Shown: positions 17,282 to 27,459 of the stretch, piece by piece
Layout of the letters: each line of letters starts with the position of its first letter
How positions within the stretch are numbered: position 1 is the stretch's first letter
Source of the DNA: a virus
Taxonomy: Duplodnaviria; Caudoviricetes
Reading direction: 5' to 3' (one strand)
IMG/VR virus record: IMGVR_UViG_3300012665_000475
Location: 2,263-66,262 of that record
Length of the DNA: 64,000 nt
Made by a program: the position numbers and the translations under genes
Notes under the pieces: generated by a model
Told to the model about the DNA's origin: nothing
Databases searched by the model: none
Seen by the model: only the letters and a program-made list of their open reading frames with translations

Positions 17282-19045
17282 TTAACCATCACAAGATAAG
17301 CAGTCCGGATCCGTTGCACGTGTAGCAATATCAGCACGCAATACAGACTCAGTACGCATGTAATACAATGTCTTGATGCGTTGTCTCCAAGCCTCCATGT
17401 GAACCTGGTTAATCCACTTAGGTGTAGCTTGAGATGGGAATGCCAAGTTCAATGAAACAGATTGGTCAATGTACTGCTGACGGATACCTGCTTGTTTAAT
17501 TAATTCTAATTGGTTAATCTCCTTGAATGTTTTGAATACATCCTTAACTGGGATGTGGTCATCGCCTTCAGGATTCTCAGTCAACTTCCCGTTCACATAG
17601 AACCAATTATCTAGTTCAGCAATGTCTTGTATTGATCCACCATCGGCAAGAATCTTATCCCATATCTCCTTAGTATTAATACCAATCTTCTTCAACACTT
17701 TTTCAAGCTCTCTGTTCTTGCGGATGAATGTACCCTTAGCTGATTGGTCTGTGAATACGTTAGCGGCCCAAGGTTCAACCCCAGCTGATACGTTACCGCT
17801 TAGTTTAGAGTTAGATACCGTAGGAGCAATAGCACGTAAGTGTGTGTTACGCATTCCTGTTTCTACACACCACAATGGCTCGCCATATTCTATAGCCATA
17901 TCACGTGATGCACGCTCAGACTCAATCTTAATTTGAGAGAATATCTTACGTGTCTCAAACTGAGCAAGCAATCCTTCGAATGGAATACCTTTCTGTTGTA
18001 AGTATGTATGCCATCCTAGAACACCTAATCCAATAGCACGACCTTTCTCAGCAAAGCGAACTACATTCTCAAAGCCTTTCATATTCTTAGCTTTCTGAAT
18101 AAACTCTTCAAGCACACCATCTAGGAACCATGTAGCTACATAGATTAAGTCTGTGTCTTTCCACTCGTCATACTTAGCTAAGTTGACTGATGATAGACAG
18201 CACACGAAGCTGTGGCTCTCATCTGTATGCAACACGATCTCTGAGCATATGTTAGTCATGTAAACCTTCAAGCTATTCTTCTTGTAAGCCTCAGGGTTTT
18301 GTTTGTTCACGTTGCCTTTGAACATGATGTATGGCTCACCAGTAGCCTTACGCTTCTGTAATAACTTACCCCATTTGCGACGTGCATCTGGGTCACCATC
18401 TTCTAGCTTACGCATAAACTTGTCGCCCACCACAGCACACTGGTGTAGGTTCAAGCACTGGCGATTTACATCACCCTTAGGCTCACGGATTTCTAACCAA
18501 TCCTCAAAGTCTTTGTGCTCAATGTTAAGGTTACTAGATGCTGCACCACGACGAACATTACCTTGTGATGTTGCAAGAATAGTAGAGTCAAAGATTTTAG
18601 TGAATGGGATAACACCATCAGATGTTCCGTTCTTAGATATCTTTGATCCTGCAGGACGGATGCGATTAAAGCCTACGCCTACTCCACCCCCGTGCTTTGC
18701 AAGTAGCATCATCTCTAAGTTCTTAGTACCAATGTCATAAACTGAGTCAGCTATGTCAATACCATAACAAGAGATAGGTAAGCCACGATCAGTGCCTGTG
18801 TTAGATAGTACAGGTGTTGCTAGGTTTAACCATCCATTCCAGATGTATTGAAAGAACTTGTCAGCCATCTCAGGCTTACCAAGTCTATCAGCTACAGCAC
18901 GAGACACACGTGCATATGCATTTATTGGTTTCTCTCCTGTAAGCAGGTATCCACCTGAGATTGTCTTTACGTATTCGGGTGAGTTACCCCAAGCTGGGAA
19001 GTCTACATCTAGTTCCCATCCTAGGTTCTCTGCGTGATTAATCAT
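17282..19045 (-). CDS. nrdA: Class I ribonucleotide reductase large subunit (short, no ATP-cone)
   Basis: LATPVLSN, PISC, KHGGGVG, TNICSEI (NxCxE), CCLSS, IAPTVS, KTLYYMR and C-terminal CLSC redox pair. Confidence 0.95.
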   Translation of the reverse strand: MINHAENLGWELDVDFPAWGNSPEYVKTISGGYLLTGEKPINAYARVSRAVADRLGKPEMADKFFQYIWNGWLNLATPVLSNTGTDRGLPISCYGIDIADSVYDIGTKNLEMMLLAKHGGGVGVGFNRIRPAGSKISKNGTSDGVIPFTKIFDSTILATSQGNVRRGAASSNLNIEHKDFEDWLEIREPKGDVNRQCLNLHQCAVVGDKFMRKLEDGDPDARRKWGKLLQKRKATGEPYIMFKGNVNKQNPEAYKKNSLKVYMTNICSEIVLHTDESHSFVCCLSSVNLAKYDEWKDTDLIYVATWFLDGVLEEFIQKAKNMKGFENVVRFAEKGRAIGLGVLGWHTYLQQKGIPFEGLLAQFETRKIFSQIKIESERASRDMAIEYGEPLWCVETGMRNTHLRAIAPTVSNSKLSGNVSAGVEPWAANVFTDQSAKGTFIRKNRELEKVLKKIGINTKEIWDKILADGGSIQDIAELDNWFYVNGKLTENPEGDDHIPVKDVFKTFKEINQLELIKQAGIRQQYIDQSVSLNLAFPSQATPKWINQVHMEAWRQRIKTLYYMRTESVLRADIATRATDPDCLSCDG

Positions 19046-19131
19046 TTTCTAAAGATTTAATTAGTTCAAGTAAAAATTCTATCATTTGCACAGCACTCTC
19101 TGAGCTACTTGCATCTATCGAAGCGGTTGAC

Positions 19132-19431
19132 TTATCGGGCAACACTATCTCCATTTTTATTGGGGAATTTGGCATAGCTAAATGATGTTAAAAAATTTGT
19201 TAGCGGCTCTATCTCATCAAAGTACATATACTCATCATCAAATATATAAGCCTTCCATGTACTAAGTTTCGCCTCATCGTCTGCATTTGTTATTAATGAT
19301 GTATGCCTAGATACTACATATAAGTAATAATAAAAGTCTTCCGGGTATCCTGACTCATGTTGAGAGACAAGGACTTTCTCAAAACCTAAATCTATTAGGT
19401 CTTGCTCATGGATAGGATGGTGCTTTATCAT
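19132..19431 (-). CDS. Hypothetical protein
   Basis: 99-aa ORF in operon; EQDLIDLGFEK motif; no assignment. Confidence 0.6.
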   Translation of the reverse strand: MIKHHPIHEQDLIDLGFEKVLVSQHESGYPEDFYYYLYVVSRHTSLITNADDEAKLSTWKAYIFDDEYMYFDEIEPLTNFLTSFSYAKFPNKNGDSVAR

Positions 19432-19736
19432 TCCTTTATAAAGACTCCGTTAGTTGTTTTTCCTTTGCGATGCTTAATCTCATTCCATGCGGAGTTCAAT
19501 GCTTCTTGTGGGGTTAATCCACATTGCATTGTCAAGATGATAAGAGTAACGAACGTGTCACCTAAGCCGTCGATCAATTCATCAGGCTTGTTCTTGCTGA
19601 TAGCGGAGGCCGCTTCGCCCAGCTCCTCAATTACTTTTACAAATTGAGACTTTACAAATGATGGGTCAATCAAACCTTTGTCATTAGCCCAGTCATGTAC
19701 ATTAATAATTAGTTGGTCAAAAGATAATTCTTCCAT
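19428..19736 (-). CDS. mazG: MazG-like nucleotide pyrophosphohydrolase
   Basis: KVIEELGEA...LIDGLGD and WNEIKHRKG motifs (EExGE / ExGD of all-alpha NTP-PPases). Confidence 0.8.
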   Translation of the reverse strand: MEELSFDQLIINVHDWANDKGLIDPSFVKSQFVKVIEELGEAASAISKNKPDELIDGLGDTFVTLIILTMQCGLTPQEALNSAWNEIKHRKGKTTNGVFIKE

Positions 19737-19757
19737 TGTTATTATATTTAGTTTAAG

Positions 19758-20750
19758 TTAAAACATGTCACTCCAGTCCTCGCCTTCATTGGCTTTGCTG
19801 TAAGCTGTTGGTCTGGTTGCAAAAAAATCTGAGTGCTCAACGCCTGCTGTCAATTGGTAGAACCAATCTAATTGTTCAGCGGCCGCAGGATCGTAAGCAA
19901 AGATAGGGTCATAGCCTAACTCTACTAACTTATCGTTGATGCGTTTGTGCATAAAATGTTTAAGGTCGTAAGCCTTTAAGTTTTCTAAGTCACCTCTTTC
20001 AAATATCTTGTCGATGAATTTCATCTCCATATCTAAGGTTAACTTAGCCGCTTCAATGATAGCATCCTTTGCATCTGTCTTCAGGTCAGGGAACTCCTCA
20101 CACATATGACGGAACAATTGACACCCCATCTTAGAATGAAGAGCCTCATCTCTTACGGACCATTTCATCTGTTGTCCAACACCTTTTAGTTTGTTGTTCA
20201 ATTGGAATGAATATAACACAGCGAATGAACTATACAATGCAACACCCTCAGTGAATGCTGAGAAGATAGCTAGTGACCTAGCCACATCTCTACGAGCTGG
20301 TGCACTCGTGCAAAGAATCTTATAGTTGTAATGATTAGGGATAGCGGTTAAAGCCTCTATGCGGCCCGATATTGCAGGCTCATGCATAAACCCTTCATAG
20401 TCTGTTAATCCTAGCGTGTCGTTAAGATATGAGTACGCTGTGGCGTGAACAGTCTCCTGAGCTCCGAACATCATAGCCATCTGAATGATTTCATACTTAG
20501 GAAACCAATCAGTTACCATACCTGTCCAATAGTCAGACACAGCACATTCTGTTTGAGCAAAGCCTAGTAGGATATTACCTACCACGTGCTTCTCATTCTC
20601 TGTTAGATTCTCATTCCAATCTTTTACATCGGATGACATAGGAATCTCTGTGTGTAACCAGAATGCTTGGGCTTGCTTCAGCCATCCTTCTGTGTAATAC
20701 TCTGGGTACTCGAAGGGTTTGTATGCAATACGTTTTTCAAATAAACTCAT
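19758..20750 (-). CDS. nrdB: Class I ribonucleotide reductase small subunit
   Basis: FWLHTEI, FAQTE, QETVHATAY, FTEGVALYSSF and RDEALH dimetal ligands. Confidence 0.95.
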   Translation of the reverse strand: MSLFEKRIAYKPFEYPEYYTEGWLKQAQAFWLHTEIPMSSDVKDWNENLTENEKHVVGNILLGFAQTECAVSDYWTGMVTDWFPKYEIIQMAMMFGAQETVHATAYSYLNDTLGLTDYEGFMHEPAISGRIEALTAIPNHYNYKILCTSAPARRDVARSLAIFSAFTEGVALYSSFAVLYSFQLNNKLKGVGQQMKWSVRDEALHSKMGCQLFRHMCEEFPDLKTDAKDAIIEAAKLTLDMEMKFIDKIFERGDLENLKAYDLKHFMHKRINDKLVELGYDPIFAYDPAAAEQLDWFYQLTAGVEHSDFFATRPTAYSKANEGEDWSDMF

Positions 20751-21132
20751 AAGATGCTATAAATCGTTTTATTGTTTTGTCTTTAACTATTAAGTTCCCA
20801 TCTGATATCTCATCCAAGAACTGGTCAATGTCTATTTGCTCAAGCAATTCGACTGTAACCACCTTATCTGGTTCTTCTTTATGGTCAAGATATATCTCAC
20901 CTTCAGAAGCGTAAAACCTAAAATACTTAGGCTCTTCTTCGACAACACTGAACGCAATTACACGTTCAATATCTCTGTCTAATTCATTAGAGAAGTGAAC
21001 CATTGCATCAGCTATCTGATCAAAAGTATCCTCCCGCATCGAGCTCATCCATTTGAAAAGACTCTGTGGTACTGCTACCATTTGTCTCTCCTCGAAATAC
21101 CTCGACACTAAATCCGTGTTTTCTGAGTTCAT
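20737..21132 (-). CDS. Hypothetical protein (true start may be a downstream Met)
   Basis: Acidic ORF coupled to nrdB; 5' part overlaps the VRR-NUC gene. Confidence 0.55.
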   Translation of the reverse strand: MNSENTDLVSRYFEERQMVAVPQSLFKWMSSMREDTFDQIADAMVHFSNELDRDIERVIAFSVVEEEPKYFRFYASEGEIYLDHKEEPDKVVTVELLEQIDIDQFLDEISDGNLIVKDKTIKRFIASYEFI

Positions 21133-21325
21133 TTAGTCTAAATTTTTGTAAGTCTGATACTTTTCCTGTTGGTGTCTTCACCTCGCTAAACAAAACTCCC
21201 TTGGTCGGATGCAAAGCTAATAAGTCAGGGATGCCGTTCTTGTTAGTCTTAATTAACTTAAGAACATAGTACCCTTCTTTCTCTAGTTGCTTAATTCGTT
21301 TGGATTGTATTTGTTGTTCTGACAT
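21020..21325 (-). CDS. VRR-NUC family nuclease (Holliday junction resolvase-like)
   Basis: E..IQ....K.L...G...K......GIPDLL......F.EVK...GK.S.LQ......L...G motif set. Confidence 0.85.
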   Translation of the reverse strand: MSEQQIQSKRIKQLEKEGYYVLKLIKTNKNGIPDLLALHPTKGVLFSEVKTPTGKVSDLQKFRLNELRKHGFSVEVFRGETNGSSTTESFQMDELDAGGYF

Positions 21326-21329
21326 GGGG

Positions 21330-22565
21330 CTACGAATTTAAGAAATCTTTCTTGAAAAAATTTAGAGTGTAATCCTTTTTTTGTTGGACCACTTCGTAAA
21401 TCTTTTCTTCAATTCCTCCAATCGTAAATACCCAATACACCTTGTTAAACTTGCGGTCGATGGTGGTCATCCTATCCTTGCTTTGCCAATAAGATGTTGC
21501 ACTAAAGTCTATATTATAGTACACCAAGAAGTCAGCGTTACGGAGGCTGATGCCCTCACGTCCTGATACAATCTGAAGAGCAATGTTCTTACTAGTTGTA
21601 TTGAACTCCTCAAGGTCATCAGTCAGTTCATCACCGAACACAAACTTCAACGCATCCCACTCAGCCTTGAACTTATAAAAGATTCCTATCTTCTTGTTCT
21701 TAAACTGATCTTTGATGTAGGTAGCCTTGGTGTAATCAAACACTAGTCTTCTGCCTGACTCAAGGATGATGGTTCCCGAGTACATCTGATGCAACTTGTT
21801 CATCATCTTGGCTCCAGTGTCAGCAAGTATAGTGTCATCATCACCCTGAACAACCGACTCTTTCTTTAACTTGTTAGCTAACTTATAAGTCATAGGACTC
21901 ATAGCAATTCTAAGTACGGCCTCCTCTACTGATGTAGTGAAGCCTGCTTTCTCTTGGGTAAATGATATCATTAGATGCTTGATGGCATCCATAATTTTAT
22001 CTTTCAACGCACCTGAGTAGTCATTAACTTTCATTGCACCTATGTACTTTATTTTTACTTTAACATAGTCATTAGCCCACCGGTAAAAGTTAGCATAAGA
22101 TTTGAATGGGTTGTTAGGATGCACATAAAGCTGGTGGTATATCTGAGAGTAACTCTCAGGTGTCGGTGTACCCGATAAAAATATAACCTTTGAGTTAACT
22201 TTTTTTACCAAATCTTTAACTTGCTTCGCTCTTTTGCTAGGCTTAGGGAATGCACCCATAGTGTGTGCTTCATCGCAAATTATGAGGTTCCAATTTGTCA
22301 CCTCAAGTTTATGTAATGACTCATAGTTTACACACGTAAGGTTAAAGTTACAACCTAAATCTTTATGATCTTTCTTAATACCCGGCACCACCTTTAATTT
22401 GGTGATGAACAATACTTCTTTAGCACCTAATGCATCGCATATAGCTAGTGATGTCATGGTCTTACCTGTCCTTACCTCCATAGAAAGATACAACAGACCG
22501 TGCTCTTTAATAATGCCAACCCCGTCGCTTACTATCTTCTTCTGGTAATCCCTTAGTTGTATCAT
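21330..22565 (-). CDS. SF2 (SNF2-like) helicase
   Basis: LRDYQ, VRTGKT (Walker A), DEAH, LSGTP, SGREGISL motifs. Confidence 0.9.
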   Translation of the reverse strand: MIQLRDYQKKIVSDGVGIIKEHGLLYLSMEVRTGKTMTSLAICDALGAKEVLFITKLKVVPGIKKDHKDLGCNFNLTCVNYESLHKLEVTNWNLIICDEAHTMGAFPKPSKRAKQVKDLVKKVNSKVIFLSGTPTPESYSQIYHQLYVHPNNPFKSYANFYRWANDYVKVKIKYIGAMKVNDYSGALKDKIMDAIKHLMISFTQEKAGFTTSVEEAVLRIAMSPMTYKLANKLKKESVVQGDDDTILADTGAKMMNKLHQMYSGTIILESGRRLVFDYTKATYIKDQFKNKKIGIFYKFKAEWDALKFVFGDELTDDLEEFNTTSKNIALQIVSGREGISLRNADFLVYYNIDFSATSYWQSKDRMTTIDRKFNKVYWVFTIGGIEEKIYEVVQQKKDYTLNFFKKDFLNS

Positions 22566-22782
22566 TTGCGTATGTTTCGTTGTAATAATCGTTGGCGTAT
22601 GACTCTCTCATCATAGAATTAAATGTATGGTGCTCATCACCATCTATACGAGCATTTATTATCTGCTCTTTCTCTGCCTCAATATAAGCAGGACCAGATA
22701 TGTTTAAAAATCCTTTTATGTTGGATTCAGGCATCCTTAATATCTTATCTATTAAGTGAGTCATTGCTGTTTTATTTTCCAT
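22507..22782 (-). CDS. Hypothetical protein
   Basis: EKEQIINA...YYNETY motif common in small Bacteroidota phage proteins. Confidence 0.55.
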   Translation of the reverse strand: MENKTAMTHLIDKILRMPESNIKGFLNISGPAYIEAEKEQIINARIDGDEHHTFNSMMRESYANDYYNETYANDTTKGLPEEDSKRRGWHY

Positions 22783-22975
22783 CTTCTTTTAATTTAATGT
22801 GAAATGCCCCTTCAGGTGGGTAGTCTATATTGTCCCAATAATACTCACACGTACCATCGTCCTTGATAGGAGGTGTCATGAAATATGATTGGTAGTCACT
22901 CGCTTTTGCTGTGTGCCTATAGCACATCTGCTTCTTTTGGCATTGTTCACCCGTACACATTGCTATATCAGGCAT
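22772..22975 (-). CDS. Small Cys-rich hypothetical protein
   Basis: MPDIAMC.G..C..K..CYR....QSYF...P...C motif; possible metal binder. Confidence 0.6.
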   Translation of the reverse strand: MPDIAMCTGEQCQKKQMCYRHTAKASDYQSYFMTPPIKDDGTCEYYWDNIDYPPEGAFHIKLKEDGK

Positions 22976-23603
22976 TGTCTTGTGGTTTAAACTCCGTTAG
23001 GTAACTATAATCCGTCTCGTAGCCTGCCTTATTCTCAATAGAGTAAACCGACATATCAATCTGATAGCCAGGGTTCTTATCTATTCTGTTATAAGTCCAA
23101 GCGTTATCCATCCAAATGATTCTATTGTTTGGGTAGATAAAGTAATTGCCATTGTCCATCTTGAATACGTGACCACACTTGTGCTCAGGTGTCTCAGAGA
23201 AATTAGTATCTAACATACTTCTGTTCTCAAATGCCCAGTCCAATGTAAATAAGTACGTGCCTTGTCTCTTGATCCCTGAGATGGACAGTAAATCTGCTCT
23301 CAGTCCCGACATCCTTGCTCTAACCTGAACATCTACGTATGAACTAAAGCAGTCCCAATACATGTACTCGGTTAGTGGCAACTCCTCAGCATCTTTTCTC
23401 CAGCAGAATGCGTGAATAGGTCTGCGTGTCCAGTTAACTCCGTTCTCCAAGAATGCCTCAAACAAAGGAATTCTCTTCTCTATTGATGCGACCGAGTGAA
23501 CGTCACACAATGTGTGCTCTCCATGCCCCTTGGTATGGTTAAACAAGAACTCATTTCTTATAAAGCAAGTTAGTGTTGGGATATTATGATTTAAGTATGG
23601 CAT
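22968..23603 (-). CDS. Conserved phage protein of unknown function
   Basis: 211 aa with PIHAF, WDCFS, YLFTLDW, EHKCGH, PNNRIIW motifs; stop/start overlaps on both sides. Confidence 0.65.
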   Translation of the reverse strand: MPYLNHNIPTLTCFIRNEFLFNHTKGHGEHTLCDVHSVASIEKRIPLFEAFLENGVNWTRRPIHAFCWRKDAEELPLTEYMYWDCFSSYVDVQVRARMSGLRADLLSISGIKRQGTYLFTLDWAFENRSMLDTNFSETPEHKCGHVFKMDNGNYFIYPNNRIIWMDNAWTYNRIDKNPGYQIDMSVYSIENKAGYETDYSYLTEFKPQDNA

Positions 23604-23604
23604 G

Positions 23605-25983
23605 TTAAAGTAATTCTAGTTGTTTATCTTCTTTTAATGGGAACACCATCCACTTCCCTGCACCATCACGACCCTCTACTGGGTTGCTACCTGTCATATG
23701 CAAGCAGTAGGTACGTAGCCACGAATTGAATCGTTGCTTAGATAGCATACGGAACATGCCGTTGTTATCCGCTATGAATTTATCGAACACATCATCAGGT
23801 CTGAATCGCTGATTCATTGGTATGAATGATGGCCCAAACTCGTGAGCCCACTCAGCAAACTCAGCGTTAGTCTCTGCTCTGAACTTACGTTCTTTAAGAT
23901 TCACAAAGTTACACTTGACCAATCCCGTATTGAGGTAGCCCTGCAATACTTTGATCATGTAGTTATCGAACGCACACCAGTCATCTTGGCTCCAATCGTT
24001 GAACAATAACCGACCAAACTCATCCTGAGGTGTGAAGTCTTTAGAATAGAATTGCTTGAACTCCATCTCCCACTTACGCCTCTCAAATGAGTTACCCTTA
24101 CCTTGGATAGCATAGTTAGTCGTGATGACCACCTTGGGTGACTTATGGAATGGAATCTTTATCGCATCCTTGTTCTTACGCTCGACTGTGATACCCTCAG
24201 TGACTACCGAGAATAAACGCTCAAAGTCAAAGTTCTTCTTCACATCATCGAACACCAATACCTGCGTGTCTGTGCTCACTAACTGATAAGCAAAAGACTT
24301 ATCGAACGAGAATGACTTACCATCAATGGTGACAGCTTTCTTCATCCGACTGATGCCGTTCATGAACAGACCCTTACCAGTACCTCCCTCAGGATTCTCT
24401 GATATCACCTCATCGTTAATGATTACCGCAGGGCAGTAGCCACCATTCTTAAATGCGTGAAGGATGAACCCTATGGTAGACTCGATGGATGCCACACGTT
24501 GGTCATCATTGCCACCGATGTTGCGAATGAATGTTTTGTAATCACACTCATCTGCGGGGCAGAAGATAAAGTCACGTTGGATGACTTGGTCTGACCATAC
24601 GTAACCACCTAAATCCTCGTAGTTCAAAAGGACAGTTTGATTCTTAGTTACCTTGACCACACCATTCTTGAAGTATAAGTAAGCCTCATCCTTTGTGTCC
24701 TCCACAAAGTAGATGTTGACCGAGTCAAGCATAGACAAGAAGTCCTCCCTGAAGAAGCGAGTCTTGTCAGCAAAGTAATTGTACACACTTAAATCCTGGA
24801 AGTTATTAAGGATATGGTTTAATACAAAGTCCTTGATGTCATCCTCAGTACACATCTCAATTAAGTTCTGATTGATGCGTACAAAGATGAATCCCTTGTT
24901 GCCCTCAGGCACATACTTGCGATACCCATTGTTTTCTAAGAATGTCTTAAGTTCGTAGTGTATCAATGTCACCACACCCTTGTCACTCTTAGTCCAAAAT
25001 GTATTCTTGCTTTGCTCCTCCTCGATTCTAGTTAGTACTGAATCAATAGTTCCGTCCTCTACACCGGAGGCTTTAAGTTGAGAACGGATGTCCTTTTTTG
25101 GCACACCACGGCTTAGTTGATTCTTTGCAAAGTCAACACGTGAGGTGTCCTCAAAATACTTGGTGGCATACTTATCTGTATGTCGATAGGCTGAGTCAAT
25201 GATTCCTTGAATCTCCTTGGTTGTAAAGTCCTCGGATGCAAATGCCATCATGCGATACATAGCCTCAGACTTAGATACACCATATTCGTTGAACGCCATA
25301 GCTAACACGAACAAGTTATTGTTGCGTGCACCTGACACGAAGCCAAACTTATTGTCCCACCATTTAGCTAGTCTATTAATGATTTCGTTCTCATCATCGA
25401 TAGGAATGGTTGGTCGCATGTCCTTAGTCATGTGGTCAATCTCTGCATCATCCACCTTGTTCCACTCGATAGAGTTTACATTAACAAAGATGGTAGGATC
25501 GTATGACTCGTAGCACACACGTGACACATTCTTGGATGTCTTATCAAACTGCTCGCAGTTATAGTAAGCCTCCAGTGCATTGAAGAATGACTTGTGCTTG
25601 CTTGCATCCTTTGGTATCTTAACCAATACCTTTAGGCCATTACCTGATGGTGATATAAAAACTGAAAACGTATAAGGGTCATTAGCCAATTCATCTTTCT
25701 TGGCTAGTATCTCATCACTTGATGGGAAGTTGTCGAAGTCTAAACATATCAGACCGCTATGCTCCATAAGAGCCGAGTCTTCACGCTTAGAGAACGTACC
25801 TGAGAAACATATCGCAGGCAACTCTTGCTTGAGCTTGTTACGTAGCTCCTTATCTTTCTCCAATCTAATCTTGCGGACAATGTCTTTGGACTTACCCTCC
25901 TTGACTCTCGAGAGTATAGCCAAGACATCCCGATAGAATGGGACAGATGTCTCTTTTATGTTAGAAAAAATAGTTACTTGCAC
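23605..25983 (-). CDS. Primase-helicase (VirE N-terminal/BT4734-like + PriCT + SF3/D5-like helicase)
   Basis: GTG start; KQELPAICFSG.F, GLICLDFD, FISPSGNGLK, DPT; GARNNNLF (PriCT); GGTGKGLF Walker A and FDDV Walker B. Confidence 0.9.
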   Translation of the reverse strand: MQVTIFSNIKETSVPFYRDVLAILSRVKEGKSKDIVRKIRLEKDKELRNKLKQELPAICFSGTFSKREDSALMEHSGLICLDFDNFPSSDEILAKKDELANDPYTFSVFISPSGNGLKVLVKIPKDASKHKSFFNALEAYYNCEQFDKTSKNVSRVCYESYDPTIFVNVNSIEWNKVDDAEIDHMTKDMRPTIPIDDENEIINRLAKWWDNKFGFVSGARNNNLFVLAMAFNEYGVSKSEAMYRMMAFASEDFTTKEIQGIIDSAYRHTDKYATKYFEDTSRVDFAKNQLSRGVPKKDIRSQLKASGVEDGTIDSVLTRIEEEQSKNTFWTKSDKGVVTLIHYELKTFLENNGYRKYVPEGNKGFIFVRINQNLIEMCTEDDIKDFVLNHILNNFQDLSVYNYFADKTRFFREDFLSMLDSVNIYFVEDTKDEAYLYFKNGVVKVTKNQTVLLNYEDLGGYVWSDQVIQRDFIFCPADECDYKTFIRNIGGNDDQRVASIESTIGFILHAFKNGGYCPAVIINDEVISENPEGGTGKGLFMNGISRMKKAVTIDGKSFSFDKSFAYQLVSTDTQVLVFDDVKKNFDFERLFSVVTEGITVERKNKDAIKIPFHKSPKVVITTNYAIQGKGNSFERRKWEMEFKQFYSKDFTPQDEFGRLLFNDWSQDDWCAFDNYMIKVLQGYLNTGLVKCNFVNLKERKFRAETNAEFAEWAHEFGPSFIPMNQRFRPDDVFDKFIADNNGMFRMLSKQRFNSWLRTYCLHMTGSNPVEGRDGAGKWMVFPLKEDKQLELL

Positions 25984-25998
25984 GTCGTTTTAATTAAA

Positions 25999-26195
25999 GT
26001 GAGCACTTTGTACACTGTTTTGTGTACAAAATTTTTAATTTGTACACTAGTTAACTAATTGATTATTAGTATATTATATTCTTTTATGTACAAAGTGAAC
26101 AAAATATATAAGAAAAGAGAAAAAAATAATTTATCTAAAAAGAAAAAATATATATTCATCTAAGTCCCACATATTTTGTTCATTTGTACACAAGA
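25999..26195. repeat. AT-rich element with TGTACA/TGAACA iterons (copy A), candidate replication origin
   Basis: TGTACA at 26009, 26023, 26041, 26087, 26185; TGAACA 26096; TGTTCA 26177; immediately upstream of the primase-helicase start. Confidence 0.7.
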
Positions 26196-26495
26196 TTAGA
26201 AAGGAAGGTCAGTCTCTTCCACCGTTGGAGTTGGTGCAGGAGCTGGTGCTTTCTTTGCTGGTGTACCACCATCAGATGACCAAGCAATCTTGCCATTACC
26301 TAGGTAGTTCTTCTTCTCCTTAGCCTCACGCTCTTCCTTAGATTGAGACTCGTAGATACCTGCTTGGTTTCCATACTGGTCTACCTCATCATTGATAGAG
26401 ATAGTAATGTTAAGGTACGTGCCTTTGTCTCCTTTGATTAACTTGTCTTTAGAGATTTTTGATACATCAATAGATGCTGAAATTAATTGTGCCAT
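26196..26495 (-). CDS. ssb: Putative single-stranded DNA-binding protein
   Basis: SIDVSKI.K......G.YLNI......DQYGN......QSKEER....YLGNGK core and acidic C-terminal DLPF tail. Confidence 0.7.
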   Translation of the reverse strand: MAQLISASIDVSKISKDKLIKGDKGTYLNITISINDEVDQYGNQAGIYESQSKEEREAKEKKNYLGNGKIAWSSDGGTPAKKAPAPAPTPTVEETDLPF

Positions 26496-26509
26496 AATTT
26501 ATTGTTTGT

Positions 26510-26728
26510 TTAATTGTTTACTTTTTCTAAATTATATGATACTTTATACTTACCTATAAGTTTAACTTCGTACAGATAAATCTCTTTTATGTTTGGTTCA
26601 TTTTCCCTAACATAATCAATAGCATTATCTGCCGTTAACTCTGGAAATACCTCAATCTCAGGCTCCAGTATATCTGGTGATGCAACATAATATACTTGAT
26701 GTTCATTTGTTTTTTTAGACTTTGCCAT
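26510..26728 (-). CDS. Hypothetical protein
   Basis: 72-aa ORF in the recombination operon. Confidence 0.55.
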   Translation of the reverse strand: MAKSKKTNEHQVYYVASPDILEPEIEVFPELTADNAIDYVRENEPNIKEIYLYEVKLIGKYKVSYNLEKVNN

Positions 26729-26730
26729 AA

Positions 26731-27459
26731 TTATAAAGTTTCTAATTTAAAATACTGAGTAATGTCATCGGTCGCATTCGGACCAAAGAACTTTTGGTAT
26801 ACCTCGATAGCCTTGTAGACCTTCTCTCTGCCACGATCCAAGAACTCATCCGAGCATTCAAATAAGCCCGTGCGACAGCTATCTTTCTCGACTGCGATAA
26901 ACACCATAGGCTTGCCGAATAATTGGTTGTAGATGTAAGCCTGGGAGTCGTAGTTATACTTACGTGCAGAGAATTTAAAGTCATCAAGGTTAGCAGTGGT
27001 CTTTAGGTCAATAAGAATCTCATCGCCTACGATATCCGACTTACCTTTCCATTGTACGCCACCAATCTCGCCGATAGCAGGTACTTCATAAGAATTAGCT
27101 GAGTCACGAATCATATCGTAGAATGTTAGGTTACCCATCAACGCCTTAGCCATACGCTCGCAGTCATCAACTTCTTTCTGAAGCAATAACATGTCAGCAC
27201 CCGAGGAGGTCAATGCATCTTTGTACAAGTTAGTCGTACGTGTAGATGCATCCACTGCCACAAAGTTTTTTAACTTCTCTGGCTCAAGAATAAACGTGTG
27301 AAAGTAAGATCCTGCAAGCATAGCAGGAGTCTTTTCTTTAGGCACACCATACTGCGTAGGGTTGTACAATAATGCTCCGATATCAGAGTTTGATAAGTAC
27401 TGCTTGCCGACACCTGAGTAATACTCTTTATCGTCCTTTAATGTTTCTAAAATTCCCAT
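26731..27459 (-). CDS. PD-(D/E)XK exonuclease, RecE/ExoVIII-like (DUF3799)
   Basis: LSNSDI, G.YFH..ILEP, KGKSD, IDLKT, YNYD.QAY.Y motifs; adjacent to an annealase. Confidence 0.85.
   Translation of the reverse strand: MGILETLKDDKEYYSGVGKQYLSNSDIGALLYNPTQYGVPKEKTPAMLAGSYFHTFILEPEKLKNFVAVDASTRTTNLYKDALTSSGADMLLLQKEVDDCERMAKALMGNLTFYDMIRDSANSYEVPAIGEIGGVQWKGKSDIVGDEILIDLKTTANLDDFKFSARKYNYDSQAYIYNQLFGKPMVFIAVEKDSCRTGLFECSDEFLDRGREKVYKAIEVYQKFFGPNATDDITQYFKLETL

Noticed and set aside
17622-18740. Plus-strand ORFs over nrdA
   Set aside because: Antisense shadows with no start context or motifs.
21020-21132. ~110-nt overlap between VRR-NUC and the next ORF as a programmed frameshift
   Set aside because: More simply explained by a later start Met of 20737-21132 and a short C-terminal extension; no slippery heptamer recognised.
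25999-26195. CRISPR-like array interpretation of the TGTACA repeats
   Set aside because: Repeats are 6 bp with irregular spacing, no 23-47 bp direct repeats with unique spacers, and no cas genes.
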